Assembly (NCBI GenBank): GCA_022615525.1 | Contig: JAKEGN010000159.1 | Coordinates: 1-29,806 of the forward strand | DNA length: 29,806 bases | Source of the DNA: Woeseiaceae bacterium | Lineage (GTDB): Bacteria; Pseudomonadota; Gammaproteobacteria; Steroidobacterales; Woeseiaceae | Reading direction: 5' to 3' | Shown here: positions 21,675 to 29,806 of the stretch, in pieces | Position numbering within the stretch: the stretch's first letter is position 1 | Layout of the letters: every line of letters starts with the position of its first letter | Position numbers and translations under genes: made by a program | The notes under the pieces: generated by a model | Told to the model about the DNA's origin: nothing | Databases searched by the model: none | What the model saw: the letters and a program-made list of their open reading frames with translations, nothing else

Positions 21675-22691
21675 TTACTCGGGCTTGAGCGCTCTGCCCA
21701 TGAGCGCCGCCACCGCCTCCCGCGGCGGGGCACCTTCGTAAAGCACGCGATAGATTTGCTGGCAGATCGGCATCTCGACGTGCAATCGTTCGGCCACTTC
21801 ACGCACGGCTTTTGCAGCCAGAACGCCCTCCACCACCTGCTGGATTTCTTCCTGAGCCTCATCGATGGTCTTGCCGCTGGCAAGCGCGAGCCCCATGCGG
21901 CGGTTGCGTGACAGGTTGTCGGTGCAGGTGAGCACCAGGTCGCCCATGCCGGCGAGGCCCATGAACGTGTCCTGCTTCGCACCGAGCGCGAGGCCGAGCC
22001 GCGTCATTTCGACGAGACCTCGACTGATGAGCGCGATGCGCGTGTTTGCGCCGAAACCCAGGCCATCGGAAATACCGGCGCCGATGGCCAGCACGTTTTT
22101 GATCGCACCGCCGACTTCAACGCCGATCATGTCGGAGGATGTGTAGGCGCGGAATTTCTCGCCCGAAAGGCTGGCAGCAAGGTCGGCGGCAAAAGTATCG
22201 TCGTTCGCCGCGATGGTCATGGCCGTCGGCAAACCGGCGCCAACCTCTTTGGCAAAGGTCGGGCCGGACAGCACCGCCATCGGCAGGTCATCTCCCAGCA
22301 CCTCCGCCGCAACCTGGTGCGGAAGCTTGCCGGTGGTCAGTTCGAAACCCTTGGTCGCCCAGCAGATACGCGCACTTCTTGGCAGCAGTGGTTTGATCTG
22401 CAAAAGCGTTTCGCGCAGTGCGTGGCTCGGCACGGCGATCAGGATATCGGTCGTGCCCGAGAGGGCCTTCCGCAGATCGGGTTCCGCACGCAAATTGTCG
22501 GGAAACGGGACGCCCGGCAGGTACTTCCGGTTCTCACCCGCCGCCGAAATCCGTTTCAGGTCATCGCGATTCCGGCCCCACAGCCGCACCTCGCGGCCCT
22601 TGCGCGCGAACTGCAACGCGAGCGCAGTACCCCAGGACCCGGCCCCGATGACGGCGACCGGCGCTTTTGCGGAATCGACCGGCGCGGTCAG
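21675..22691 (-). CDS. gpsA: NAD(P)H-dependent glycerol-3-phosphate dehydrogenase (CTG start proposed)
   Basis: The Rossmann motif VAVIGAGSWGTALA lies upstream of the ORF-track TTG 22616; ENRKYLPG, AVPS, LSGPTFAKEV, GAIKNV, GLAGMGDLVLTC..NLSRNRR, VEG. In-frame stop at 22713-22715 with no ATG/GTG/TTG before the motif. 338 aa from CTG 22691. Confidence 0.95.
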   Translation of the reverse strand: MTAPVDSAKAPVAVIGAGSWGTALALQFARKGREVRLWGRNRDDLKRISAAGENRKYLPGVPFPDNLRAEPDLRKALSGTTDILIAVPSHALRETLLQIKPLLPRSARICWATKGFELTTGKLPHQVAAEVLGDDLPMAVLSGPTFAKEVGAGLPTAMTIAANDDTFAADLAASLSGEKFRAYTSSDMIGVEVGGAIKNVLAIGAGISDGLGFGANTRIALISRGLVEMTRLGLALGAKQDTFMGLAGMGDLVLTCTDNLSRNRRMGLALASGKTIDEAQEEIQQVVEGVLAAKAVREVAERLHVEMPICQQIYRVLYEGAPPREAVAALMGRALKPE

Positions 22692-23176
22692 TGAGCGCCC
22701 CCGTTCGAACCATCACCGCCCGCCTGGGCTTTGGCCGCCTGCTGTCGCGACTGCGCGTAAAGCGCATCGAAATTGATTGGCTGCAGCAGGAATTCGGGGA
22801 AGCCGCCCTTGGAGATCGCAGTCGAGATGGTTTCGCGTGCGTAGGGGAAAAGCACGTTGGGACAGAAACTGCCGACGATGGCCGCAAACTCTTCAGCATT
22901 GTAGCCGGTGATGTGGAACAGCCCGGCCTGCTGCAGCTCGACCAGGAACAGGGTCTTGTCTTCGTGCTTGGTCTCGACGGTTACCGTCAGCACGATTTCA
23001 TGGTTGTTACCGACCGACTTGTTGTGGGAGCTGCGCAGATTGAGATTGGTCTTCGGCGTCCAGTCAGCGGTAGTAAAGACTTCCGGCGCACTCGGGGACT
23101 CGAAGGAAAAATCCTTTATATAGATCTTCTGGATGCCGATCTGCCTCTCCGGCGCGGTTGTTGCTGGTTCAGTCAT
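22688..23176 (-). CDS. secB: Protein-export chaperone SecB
   Basis: IQKIYIKDFSFESP, FLVELQQAGLF, CPNVLFPYARE, GGFPEFLLQPINFDALY. ATG 23176, 162 aa. Confidence 0.97.
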   Translation of the reverse strand: MTEPATTAPERQIGIQKIYIKDFSFESPSAPEVFTTADWTPKTNLNLRSSHNKSVGNNHEIVLTVTVETKHEDKTLFLVELQQAGLFHITGYNAEEFAAIVGSFCPNVLFPYARETISTAISKGGFPEFLLQPINFDALYAQSRQQAAKAQAGGDGSNGGAH

Positions 23177-23192
23177 TTGCAGGTTCCTGATT

Positions 23193-23483
23193 TTATGAAC
23201 TGGCCTGATCGGCCGTTCCTTGAATTCCCAGAATCCGGTCGAGCTCGCCGGACTTGTCCAGGGCATAGAGTTCCTCGAATCCACCGATCGCCCGATCGTC
23301 GATGAATACCTGCGGCACTGAGCGGCGGCCGCTGCGTTGCTGCATTTCCTCGCGCAATGCCGGATCGCTGCTCACGAGCACATCCTCGTAACTGGCGCCC
23401 TTTTTCTTCAACAGCATGCGGGCAGCGCCGCAATAGCCGCAGCTCTCGGAGCCGTAAATCACTATTCTGGGCCTGGTATTCAT
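23193..23483 (-). CDS. grxC: Glutaredoxin 3
   Basis: CGYC active site, GRRSVPQVFI, IGGFEEL; between rhodanese and secB. Confidence 0.9.
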   Translation of the reverse strand: MNTRPRIVIYGSESCGYCGAARMLLKKKGASYEDVLVSSDPALREEMQQRSGRRSVPQVFIDDRAIGGFEELYALDKSGELDRILGIQGTADQASS

Positions 23484-23511
23484 TGGCGGTATCCCGTCCG
23501 GGAAGCGGACC

Positions 23512-23955
23512 TCAGGATTTCTTCCTGGTCTTCCGGGCCGTGACCAGGGGGAGGTTGGCCTGCGTCCAGCCGGCTATGCCGCCCTTCAGTCCGTACACGC
23601 TCTGGAATCCCGACTTTCGTAACTGGGTTACGGCGCGGGACGAGGTCATGCCGGAATCGCACACGGCAACGATGGGTTTCGAACGAAGGCCCTCGAGTTT
23701 TTCGTTCTTTGCGCCGAGCTCGTCGAACGGTATATTTTTCGCGTTGACGATGTGGCCTTTCGCGAAGGCCTCGGGGCTGCGCAAGTCCAGTACGACCGCA
23801 TCGTTATTGATGAGTTTTACCGCATCCTGCGGTTCGACATTGACCAGGCCTCCGGCCTTGCGGCGCAGTTCCGTGAAAATCAGCAGAAAGAAACTGAACA
23901 GCAGCGCCGTCATCAGCAGCATGTGGTTCGCTGCGAATTCCAGGTATTGATCCAT
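23512..23955 (-). CDS. Rhodanese-like domain membrane protein (YibN type)
   Basis: MDQYLEFAANH plus a TM helix, VVLDLRSPEAFAKGHI, VCDSG, LKGGIAGW..ANLP; canonical place upstream of grxC-secB-gpsA. ATG 23955. Confidence 0.9.
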   Translation of the reverse strand: MDQYLEFAANHMLLMTALLFSFFLLIFTELRRKAGGLVNVEPQDAVKLINNDAVVLDLRSPEAFAKGHIVNAKNIPFDELGAKNEKLEGLRSKPIVAVCDSGMTSSRAVTQLRKSGFQSVYGLKGGIAGWTQANLPLVTARKTRKKS

Positions 23956-23989
23956 GAAAAGGTACGTTCGACTTGTTGAAAAGTGCGGC

Positions 23990-23998
23990 ATTATACCA
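23990..23998 (-). promoter_or_regulatory. Extended -10 promoter for rhodanese-grxC-secB-gpsA
   Basis: Minus strand TG-G-TATAAT (perfect), followed by GCCGC; 34 nt upstream of the ATG. Confidence 0.7.
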
Positions 23999-24082
23999 GT
24001 CGAAATCCGGAATCGCTGGCCGCAAGGCGGTCCCGGGTATGCCGGTTGAAAACGACCCGTACAGGCTCCCGATCCGCGACCC

Positions 24083-25240
24083 ATGAAGACCCTGACTGCT
24101 GTCCTGTTTGTACTCGGCCTGTGCCCGGCGCTGGGCTTTGCACAGGACGACAACAGCGAGATGACGAAGGTCAAGGAGCAGGAACTCGAGGAGGTTCGCG
24201 AGCGCATCAGCGACCTGAAACAGAGCATGGACCGGCGCGCTGCCGAAAGGGACCGGATTACCGGGGAATTGCAGGCGGCCGAGGTGATCATTTCCGAAAA
24301 GCGGCTGCACCTGCAGGAACTCGAAAAACAGCGCCGCTACAGCGAAAAGAAGAAGGCAGACCTCGACCAAAAGCTGAAGGCGCGGGAAGCGGAACTCGAG
24401 ACGGAAACCAGCCTGCTCGAGGACCAGGTTGTCGCTGCCTACTCCACCGGCGGCCAGGAACGGCTCAAGCTGTTGCTGAACCAGCTCGACCCTGCCGCGC
24501 TGGGCCGGCAACTCGCGTACTACCGCTACTTCAGCGAGTATCGCAGCAGGAACATCGAGGCGGTCAATACGCACATCAGCGAGCTACGGCAGCTGCGCGC
24601 ACAGGTGGCCGAAGAAGAGAATCGTCTCGCAGGTCTTACCCGGGAGCGTTTTGTCGAGCTCACAGAGCTTGGCGCGGCACAGGAAAAACGCCAGCAACTC
24701 CTGGTGAGCCTGAAGTCGCGCATTGCCGAGGAGGGCTCGGAAATCCAGCGCCTGGCGGCACAGGAACAGGACCTGTCACGCCTGATCGCCGAGCTCGGGA
24801 GCATCCTCGCGGATTACCCGATACGGTCGGAAGAGCCCTTCAGTGAGTTGAAAGGACGCCTGACCTGGCCGGTAGCGGGCGGGCTGGTGCACGATTTCGG
24901 CCAGCCGCGGGCCGGGGGCCTGAAGTGGAACGGGGTCGTACTTACGGCGCCGCGCGGCCGGGAGGTCCGGTCGGTCTACCATGGCCGGGTGGTGTTTGCC
25001 GACTGGCTGTCGGGCCTGGGACTGCTGGTCATCGTCGATCACGGCGAGGGGTTCATGACGCTGTATGGCTACAACGAGACCTTGCTGAAAGCGACTGGCG
25101 ACTGGGTCGCGCCCGGCGATGTCATTGCGACGGTTGGTGATTCGGGAGGGCAGTCGCAGTCCGGGCTGTATTTCGAAATCCGCCAGGGCACAACGCCGGT
25201 CAATCCGCGCCGCTGGATCACCCGCAATCCGCGCAGCTGA
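24083..25240 (+). CDS. envC: Murein hydrolase activator EnvC (coiled coil plus degenerate M23/LytM domain)
   Basis: Signal peptide, long coiled coil, LTWPVAG, WNGVV, ADWLSGLGLLVIVDHG, LYGYN, GDSGG...LYFEIR. Zn ligands are replaced, as in EnvC. Confidence 0.9.
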   Translation: MKTLTAVLFVLGLCPALGFAQDDNSEMTKVKEQELEEVRERISDLKQSMDRRAAERDRITGELQAAEVIISEKRLHLQELEKQRRYSEKKKADLDQKLKAREAELETETSLLEDQVVAAYSTGGQERLKLLLNQLDPAALGRQLAYYRYFSEYRSRNIEAVNTHISELRQLRAQVAEEENRLAGLTRERFVELTELGAAQEKRQQLLVSLKSRIAEEGSEIQRLAAQEQDLSRLIAELGSILADYPIRSEEPFSELKGRLTWPVAGGLVHDFGQPRAGGLKWNGVVLTAPRGREVRSVYHGRVVFADWLSGLGLLVIVDHGEGFMTLYGYNETLLKATGDWVAPGDVIATVGDSGGQSQSGLYFEIRQGTTPVNPRRWITRNPRS

Positions 25241-25248
25241 GGGCCCTG

Positions 25249-25257
25249 TGCTATTGT
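25249..25257 (+). promoter_or_regulatory. Possible extended -10 internal promoter upstream of ctpA
   Basis: TG-C-TATTGT in the envC-ctpA gap. Confidence 0.35.
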
Positions 25258-25331
25258 CTGGAACAGTGCGTTAGAGAAGCGCCGGGCCAGAAATGCCAGA
25301 ACAGCGGCCCGCGACCCCGGAGTGTATCCAC

Positions 25332-26570
25332 ATGTCCCTGAAAGCCAGAGCCGCCCTGGTCCTGACCATAGGCACCGTATTGGGCCTCGGGCTGTCCATC
25401 GGGGGCAATTATCTGAAAGACCCGGTTCAGCCCGACCCGAGGGGCCTTGACTGGGAGCAGGCGCGGCTTTTTGCCGAAGTCATCGAGCGGGTCAAACAGG
25501 ATTATGTCGAGCCGGTCGACGATGCCGAATTGCTGGAGAGCGCTATCCGGGGGATGGTGGCAAATCTCGATGCGCACTCCGAATTTCTGGACGCCGATGA
25601 ATACGAAGACATACGCATCAGCACCACAGGCAGGTATTCCGGCATCGGACTCGAAGTCAGCACGGTCGATGGCGAGATCCTGATCGTAGCGCCGATCGAC
25701 GGCACGCCGGCACACCGCGCCGGGCTCCAGGCCGGCGATGTCATCGTGGCTATCGATGGCACGACCGTGGCGAACGAAGGACTGCAGCAAACCATCGCGC
25801 GCATGCGGGGCCGCGAGGGCACGCTGGTTACCATTACCGTTTTGCGCGGCGAGGAAGACGAAGCGCACGTTTTCAGTTTGCGACGGGAGAACATACAGAC
25901 GGCAAGCGTGCGCCACGAACTGCTCGAGCCGGCTTACGGATACGTCCGCGTGAGCCAGTTCAATGACACGACTGCCGAAGAACTGAGCCGCGCGGTCGAT
26001 GATCTGCAACAAGCCGAAGACGACGCGCAAGGGATAATGCTGGCTGGACTGATACTGGACCTGCGCAACAATCCGGGCGGCGTACTCGATGCGGCCGTCG
26101 ATGTGTCAGACCTCTTCCTCGATTCGGGCGTCATCGTGTCGGCCGACGGCCGCACCCCGGAATCGCGCTTTACCCGCAACGCCCATCGCGGCGATATCCT
26201 GGATGGAGCGCCGATCGTCGTACTGGTCAACAATGGCTCGGCCTCTGCGTCGGAGATCGTCGCCGGCGCGCTGCGTGACCACCACCGGGCGCTGATCGTC
26301 GGCACCACTACGTTTGGCAAAGGTCTCGTGCAGACCGTGATGCCCTTGTCCAAAGGCCGGGCGATCAAGCTGACGACGTCGCGCTATTACACACCATCCG
26401 GCGAGTCGATCGACGCGACCGGCATCATGCCCGATGTCGTGGTGGAGGGATCGGAACACTACCCGGAGCCGAGCCTGCAGGTCGAAGTCGATCGCGAAGG
26501 TGATGCACAGCTGATCGAAGCGATCGAACGCCTGCGCCGCCATCGGATTCTCCAGTCCAGCGCAGAGTAG
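25332..26570 (+). CDS. ctpA: Carboxy-terminal processing protease, S41 family (PDZ plus S41)
   Basis: LDAHSEFL, YSGIGLEV, PIDGTPAHRAG, DLRNNPGG, SASASEIVAGAL, FGKG, TTSRYYTPSG, GIMPDV. ATG 25332 with GGAG SD. Confidence 0.93.
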   Translation: MSLKARAALVLTIGTVLGLGLSIGGNYLKDPVQPDPRGLDWEQARLFAEVIERVKQDYVEPVDDAELLESAIRGMVANLDAHSEFLDADEYEDIRISTTGRYSGIGLEVSTVDGEILIVAPIDGTPAHRAGLQAGDVIVAIDGTTVANEGLQQTIARMRGREGTLVTITVLRGEEDEAHVFSLRRENIQTASVRHELLEPAYGYVRVSQFNDTTAEELSRAVDDLQQAEDDAQGIMLAGLILDLRNNPGGVLDAAVDVSDLFLDSGVIVSADGRTPESRFTRNAHRGDILDGAPIVVLVNNGSASASEIVAGALRDHHRALIVGTTTFGKGLVQTVMPLSKGRAIKLTTSRYYTPSGESIDATGIMPDVVVEGSEHYPEPSLQVEVDREGDAQLIEAIERLRRHRILQSSAE

Positions 26571-26586
26571 GCCGCGGGCGCCGCGT

Positions 26587-27399
26587 TTGATTTCTGTGCG
26601 GGCAGCAAAATGGGTGATCCCTGCAGTCGCGGGGTTAATGCTCAGTGCAATGGTCGATGCCGAACCGGTTCCACGCATCGCGATTATCATCGACGATCTC
26701 GGGTACGAACTCGAAGCGGGCCGAAGGGCGGTGAATCTTCCCGGACCGATCGCCTGCGCCGTATTGCCCTCGACGCCACGCGCCCGTGAGCTCGCGCGTG
26801 CCGCACAGATGGCAGGCAAGGAGGTATTGCTGCACTTGCCGATGCAGTCCGCCATTGACGATGCGGATCAGGAGCCCGGGATGATTCGCCTGGATACCAC
26901 ACGAGAGCAGTTCGCCAGGAGTTTTGACGAGAGTTTCGAATCCGTTCCGTTCGCCATCGGCGTAAACAGTCATCGCGGCAGCCTGCTGACGCAACATCCC
27001 GGCCACATGGAATGGCTGATGGAAGAGATCACCGCACGTGGTGACCTGGTGTTCGTCGACAGTTACACGACACACCGGAGCGTAGCGTTGCAACTGGCCC
27101 GAGAGAACGGCATACCATCGGTGCGGCGCGACGTGTTTCTCGACGCCGATCGCGATGACGAATCGATCGCACGGGAGTTCGATCGGCTGAAGCAGCTCGC
27201 GAGGTCGCGTGGTCTTGCAATCGCCATCGGGCATCCCCATCCGGAAACACTGGCATTTCTCGAACGCGAGTTACCCGGACTCGCGGAGCAGGGATACGAG
27301 CTGGTCGGAATCAGGGAGTATGTTTCGCTGAAATATCGGGCGGGAAATACGGATGCGCTACCGCCGGCGGTCAGCGCTGCGGCGGCAACAGCCGATTGA
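26587..27399 (+). CDS. Divergent polysaccharide deacetylase family protein (YibQ type)
   Basis: IAIIIDDLG, EVLLHLPM, GVNSHRGS, FVDSYT, RDVFLD, AIAIGHP; typical position after envC-ctpA. TTG start. Confidence 0.92.
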   Translation: MISVRAAKWVIPAVAGLMLSAMVDAEPVPRIAIIIDDLGYELEAGRRAVNLPGPIACAVLPSTPRARELARAAQMAGKEVLLHLPMQSAIDDADQEPGMIRLDTTREQFARSFDESFESVPFAIGVNSHRGSLLTQHPGHMEWLMEEITARGDLVFVDSYTTHRSVALQLARENGIPSVRRDVFLDADRDDESIAREFDRLKQLARSRGLAIAIGHPHPETLAFLERELPGLAEQGYELVGIREYVSLKYRAGNTDALPPAVSAAAATAD

Positions 27400-27452
27400 A
27401 CCCGAGGGTGCAAATTCGATCAAACGGTCCGTTTTCCGGGAAGAGTGTGCAG

Positions 27453-28559
27453 ATGACCAGGTACTCCGTCGTTTCTTGCCTGACAGGCGCTTTGGCATGC
27501 GTCTTCGGCATCCTTGGCTGCGGCTTCGTGGCACTCGCGGCGGCGCAGGAGCAGGAGCAGCACCAGGAACAGCACCCGGAGTCGGGTGAGGTCGCCTGCA
27601 CCATGCAATACGACCCGGTCTGCGGCGTGGACGGGAAGACCTACAGCAACGATTGCGTAGCGGGTGCCGCCGGTGTCGAAATTGCCGCAACGGGATCCTG
27701 TGCCGAGCCACCTTCAGGATCCGCTTGCGACGGCGAGTCGGATCCGGTCTGCGGCGAAGATGGCAAGACCTACGGGAATGCGTGTTTCGCGGCGGAGGCA
27801 GGCGTCGAAATAGCGTTCTACGGGCTTTGCCCCGACGCCGCGGCCTGCACCGAGGACTATGCACCGGTCTGCGGATCCGATGGCAACACCTACAGCAACG
27901 CCTGTTTCGCCACGGCTGCGCAGGTCGATATTGTTGGCGACGGAATTTGCGAGGCAGCGAAGGTGACCTGCTCGGACGACTTCGAGCCGGTCTGCGGTGT
28001 TGACGGAAACACTTACGAAAACGTTTGTATCGCCCAGCAGGCCGGGGCAGAGATAGCGAGTCTCGGCGCCTGTGCCGGTTCCGAATGTCCCGCCGTGTAT
28101 GAGCCGGTCTGCGGTGTGAATGCCCAGACCTACAGGAATCGTTGCGAAGCACAGCTCGCGCGCATGGCCGTGCAACGTCGCGGCGTATGCGATGTAAGCA
28201 ACTGTCCGGAAGTCATCGTGCCGGTGTGTGCGCCCGACGGCCAGTCTTACGACAATGCCTGCAAGGCCCAGGCGGCGGGGTTCGAGACCGTTACCGAGGG
28301 CGCATGCAACCTGCGGGCATGTCCGAAGGTGTTTGTGCCGGTTTGCGGCGCGGACGACAAGACCTATGGGAATGCCTGCCTCGCCGAAAGATCCGGAGCG
28401 CGTATCCTGCACGCCGGTCTGTGCGAGGCCCAGGGACGCAACTGCCCGCGCGACTATCGGCCGGTTTGCGGTCTCGACGGTGTTACCTACGAGAACGAGT
28501 GCCATCTTGAAAATGCGGGCGAGACGATGGCTTACGCCGGGGCGTGCCTGGGCCAGTAG
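27453..28559 (+). CDS. Secreted protein with eight tandem Kazal-type serine-protease-inhibitor domains
   Basis: Signal peptide ending LAAA-Q, then 8 repeats of C-x7-C-x10-C-x14-C with PVCG.DG.TY.N.C cores. Start is ATG 27453, or TTG 27396 overlapping the upstream stop. Confidence 0.9.
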   Translation: MTRYSVVSCLTGALACVFGILGCGFVALAAAQEQEQHQEQHPESGEVACTMQYDPVCGVDGKTYSNDCVAGAAGVEIAATGSCAEPPSGSACDGESDPVCGEDGKTYGNACFAAEAGVEIAFYGLCPDAAACTEDYAPVCGSDGNTYSNACFATAAQVDIVGDGICEAAKVTCSDDFEPVCGVDGNTYENVCIAQQAGAEIASLGACAGSECPAVYEPVCGVNAQTYRNRCEAQLARMAVQRRGVCDVSNCPEVIVPVCAPDGQSYDNACKAQAAGFETVTEGACNLRACPKVFVPVCGADDKTYGNACLAERSGARILHAGLCEAQGRNCPRDYRPVCGLDGVTYENECHLENAGETMAYAGACLGQ

Positions 28560-28600
28560 CCACTGGCGAGCACCGCAGGCAGATCGTTCAGGCTACAGCG

Positions 28601-29806
28601 TCACGCGGACCAGGCGGGCGTGAGGCGACCGGTGGTGTCGCGACTATAGGGCAGCCATGCCAGACCGACGAGCTCGATGTGTATGTCCGTCGTCTTTGGT
28701 TTCACCAGCACTTCCTCGAGCTCCTCGGCTTGCGCATCGAAGGCAGTCTCCAGCGCGTCGATTTCGCGTTCCAGTTCTGCGTTCAGTGCTTCAAGATCTG
28801 AACGAACCTTCTGGGCGGTTTCCTTTGCCCGCGCAACGTCGCTCGCTTCTTTCTGTGCGCTTCCTGCGCTGCGAATCGTGGTTCCAACCCGGCTCGCTGT
28901 CGAGCTCGTGAGACGTTTGCGCCCCAGTAAGGCGCCAAGTATGGCCGTCCCCAGCGACACCGCCGTATCCAGTTTCTTTTTCGTCGACTGCTGCTGTTCA
29001 CGCTGGATTGCCTGCTCTGAACGCAGCAGCCGATTTTCCAGCACGAGTGCTTTGCTGCCATAACGTTTTCGCAGTTTGTCTACGGCATCGTCGCGCTTTT
29101 CATTGGCGAGTTGTTGCAGGCGTACGCGAAACTGTCCCTCGGTTTCGCCGGACCCCGATGTCATCCGGTACTTGCTGCTGCTATACAAACGGACGGACTG
29201 TGTTTTGCGCAGCCACTGCATCAGCAACTTCTCCCAGTCACGGTAGTTCTTTTCGCTTGCGGCGGCCGACGGGAACTCTGCGAATCCTGCACCAGGCAGG
29301 GGCGCATCGAGAAGTCCGTCTTTCGCCAGTGGCAATATCTCGGAGCTGTCCCAGTCGACCGGCAACGGACCGTCTCCGATTTCGGCCGTAACAAGCACCG
29401 GCCGGCGTTCATCGACATTCAGGCGACTATCGCTCAAAGCGATCTCCGCGGCGGCAATCACGCGCGGGTAGTAAACCAGGTTGCCGCCCTTGGCAGGCAG
29501 GTAGACCTGGTGAATTCCCGGTGCGAGGACCGGCGCATCGCCGGCGCTTTCCTGAGCGGATTGCTGCGCGCTTGTCCTCGCGACGGGCGGAGGGGGTGCC
29601 GGGGCCGCGCTTTGCCGCTTCGCCGCCGAACACAACGCGGAAATCTGCTCGCGGGTCAGCGGGCCGGCGAGGTAGGACATGGCCCAGCGCGTATTGAAAA
29701 CCACGGGCGCGTCTTCGTGGACGTTGTGCAGCAGAAACCTTCTCTTGCCGAGTCCTGCGAGCGTCTTCTCCATTTTCTGCCGGTCGAACGATTCGCTGCG
29801 CACGCC
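28601..29806 (-). CDS. C-terminal part of a probable HerA/DUF87-like ATP-binding protein (5' end outside the window)
   Basis: Frame is open to the window edge. FLLHNVHEDAPVVFNTRWAMSYLAGPLTREQI resembles the end of the ATPase region of a widespread uncharacterised HerA-like family, from recall only; followed by an Ala/Pro linker and coiled coils. Walker motifs are not in the window. Confidence 0.55.
   Translation of the reverse strand, partial: GVRSESFDRQKMEKTLAGLGKRRFLLHNVHEDAPVVFNTRWAMSYLAGPLTREQISALCSAAKRQSAAPAPPPPVARTSAQQSAQESAGDAPVLAPGIHQVYLPAKGGNLVYYPRVIAAAEIALSDSRLNVDERRPVLVTAEIGDGPLPVDWDSSEILPLAKDGLLDAPLPGAGFAEFPSAAASEKNYRDWEKLLMQWLRKTQSVRLYSSSKYRMTSGSGETEGQFRVRLQQLANEKRDDAVDKLRKRYGSKALVLENRLLRSEQAIQREQQQSTKKKLDTAVSLGTAILGALLGRKRLTSSTASRVGTTIRSAGSAQKEASDVARAKETAQKVRSDLEALNAELEREIDALETAFDAQAEELEEVLVKPKTTDIHIELVGLAWLPYSRDTTGRLTPAWSA

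Noticed and set aside
24046-24073. sigma32-like TTGAAA...CCCGAT upstream of envC
   Set aside because: The 16-nt spacer is long, the -10 is imperfect, and it ends only 9 nt before the ATG.
24870-25200. Missing Zn ligands in the M23 domain (WNGVV, YGYN)
   Set aside because: This is the normal degenerate LytM domain of EnvC, not a pseudogene.
27612-28480. Recurring CCGGTCTGCGG-like sequence every ~120 bp, superficially array-like
   Set aside because: The periods (117-129 nt) are in-frame multiples of 3 encoding the Kazal PVCG motif. No CRISPR-sized repeats or spacers and no cas genes.

Overview
GC-rich gammaproteobacterial chromosome segment that appears to span the replication origin. Layout: partial outer-membrane beta-barrel gene and DUF2784; mnmE-yidC-rnpA-rpmH (minus strand) divergent from dnaA-dnaN-recF-gyrB; plsC-like-glyS-glyQ (minus) divergent from glnA-DUF4124-ntrB-ntrC; class 1 pyrD; trmL; gpsA-secB-grxC-rhodanese (minus) divergent from envC-ctpA-divergent polysaccharide deacetylase; a secreted protein of eight tandem Kazal domains; and the 3' part of a probable HerA/DUF87-like ATPase gene. 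Non-coding signals read directly from the sequence: an oriC candidate between dnaA and dnaN (DnaA boxes, IHF site, trio-like run, AT-rich tract), two parS sites inside recF, a complete sigma54/IHF/3x NtrC enhancer upstream of glnA, and several sigma70 elements. The most unusual observations are (1) the 8x four-cysteine Kazal array with a varied P1 set, appended to the envC-ctpA operon; (2) two intergenic hairpin elements 17.6 kb apart that share ~22-bp terminal inverted repeats but have unrelated interiors; (3) gpsA, and probably ntrB, appear to start at a non-canonical CTG inside a CTGA stop/start overlap. No rRNA, tRNA, CRISPR array, transposase or integrase was seen. Gene identities come from recognised motifs and synteny; no database search was run.
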